From Mobula hypostoma (taxonomy: Eukaryota): a stretch of DNA of 64,000 nt. Below are positions 63,153 through 64,000 of the stretch, piece by piece. Position 1 is the stretch's first letter; each line of letters starts with the position of its first letter. A program made the translations under genes and the position numbers. The stretch lies in NCBI RefSeq assembly GCF_963921235.1, contig NC_086097.1, positions 140,740,001-140,804,000 on the forward strand, in the 5' to 3' direction. The notes beneath the pieces are model-generated. The model was not told the origin of the DNA. It did not search any database and saw only the letters and a list, made by a program, of their open reading frames with translations.

Positions 63153-64000
63153 CTTGGCGCTTGTGGTTTTTGAGGGGATCCAGGTGTGCCCCTATTGACT
63201 GTTTGAAGAGAGACAGAGAGAGAGAGAGTTATTTATCATCGATGGTTTGTTTTGAAAAGAGAGAGAGACGAAGATTGACGGTCGGACTGTCACGGGAGGT
63301 AACTTTGGAGTTTTACTTTGGAGATAACACTACGCAGCTCGAAGGTTTCTATGGTGACCGACAGAACATTATTGATGTTACTTTCAAGGACTTGTTGCTT
63401 GCTTACATTTCTTTACAGACAAAGGATGGACTCTTTGAATGATAAGTGATGCTCCGCCCGGTGAGATAAATAGGAGGTCAGATGATACAGACCTCAGACA
63501 CATGATCTGGTCACGGAGAGAGCATTGTTGTGCCCGCAGAGAAAGTGGGTTTTGGAGGATCGATCAGGCAGATCAATCCAATTGCTCTGCCAGTGAAAAT
63601 TCAAAAGCAAGACCAGTGGGGGAGTTGTCCATGTGTCCGACCCTAGCCTGGATAGATAGCTCAACCACTCCGAAGTACGATCCCCTTTGTTCTTAAAGTC
63701 ACAGCCGGTGACTTGTGAAGGATTTCGGAGGACGACGAGAAAATCGACGGCAACAGCTCACCTGAAGACTCAACTCACTCTCTCTCTCTCCATCGCTATT
63801 CAACTAAATACCACGAACTGAACTTTACTCAACATCGTAAGACTATCTTTTTACCCCTAGACTTAAAGAAGCTTGGTTTTTTCATACATATTTTTCCCAC
63901 ACTTACCGATTTACTTTATATCTATATATATAATTCTTGCTAACCTGTTTGATTTATCTTCACTTAGTTTACTGTATTACTGTTGTTAATAAATATTGTT
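63153..64000. mobile_element. LTR-like element of the same family as 7320-8299, running off the window
   Basis: Extended similarity to 7330-8220. Confidence 0.65.

Noticed and set aside
63165-63200. GGTTTTTGA as a possible J-segment RSS nonamer
   Set aside because: No CACTGTG-like heptamer at 12 or 23 bp, no FGxG motif, and it lies within an LTR-like repeat.

Overview
This is eukaryotic genomic DNA, most likely from a cartilaginous fish; a batoid (ray) is inferred from the repeat families, not proven. Most of the window is nested transposable-element debris: CR1, Penelope, L1, a near-full-length HERO-type element with a restriction-like endonuclease, Gypsy pol and solo LTRs, a Tigger derivative, and SINEs. 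Three T-cell receptor gamma-type V segments lie in it, all on the + strand and about 25-27 kb apart. V1 (8724-9148) and V2 (36295-36725) are intact, each with a split leader exon and a 22-bp-spacer RSS. The third (61647-61919) is a leaderless, frameshifted pseudogene of a different family with a 23-bp RSS. I recognised no J, D or C segments. Shared blocks of unique sequence and TE fossils show the V array grew by duplication of large cassettes, followed by a local inversion, deletions and cassette-specific insertions. The best leads are: a strong excess of amino-acid-changing differences between V1 and V2; loss of both canonical R75/D98 salt-bridge residues in both; CpG-rich V/RSS regions; duplicated orphan regulatory-like modules; and clean twin-priming-type inversions in an L1 and a CR1. 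I see no evidence for a wholly new biological system. All counts are by hand.
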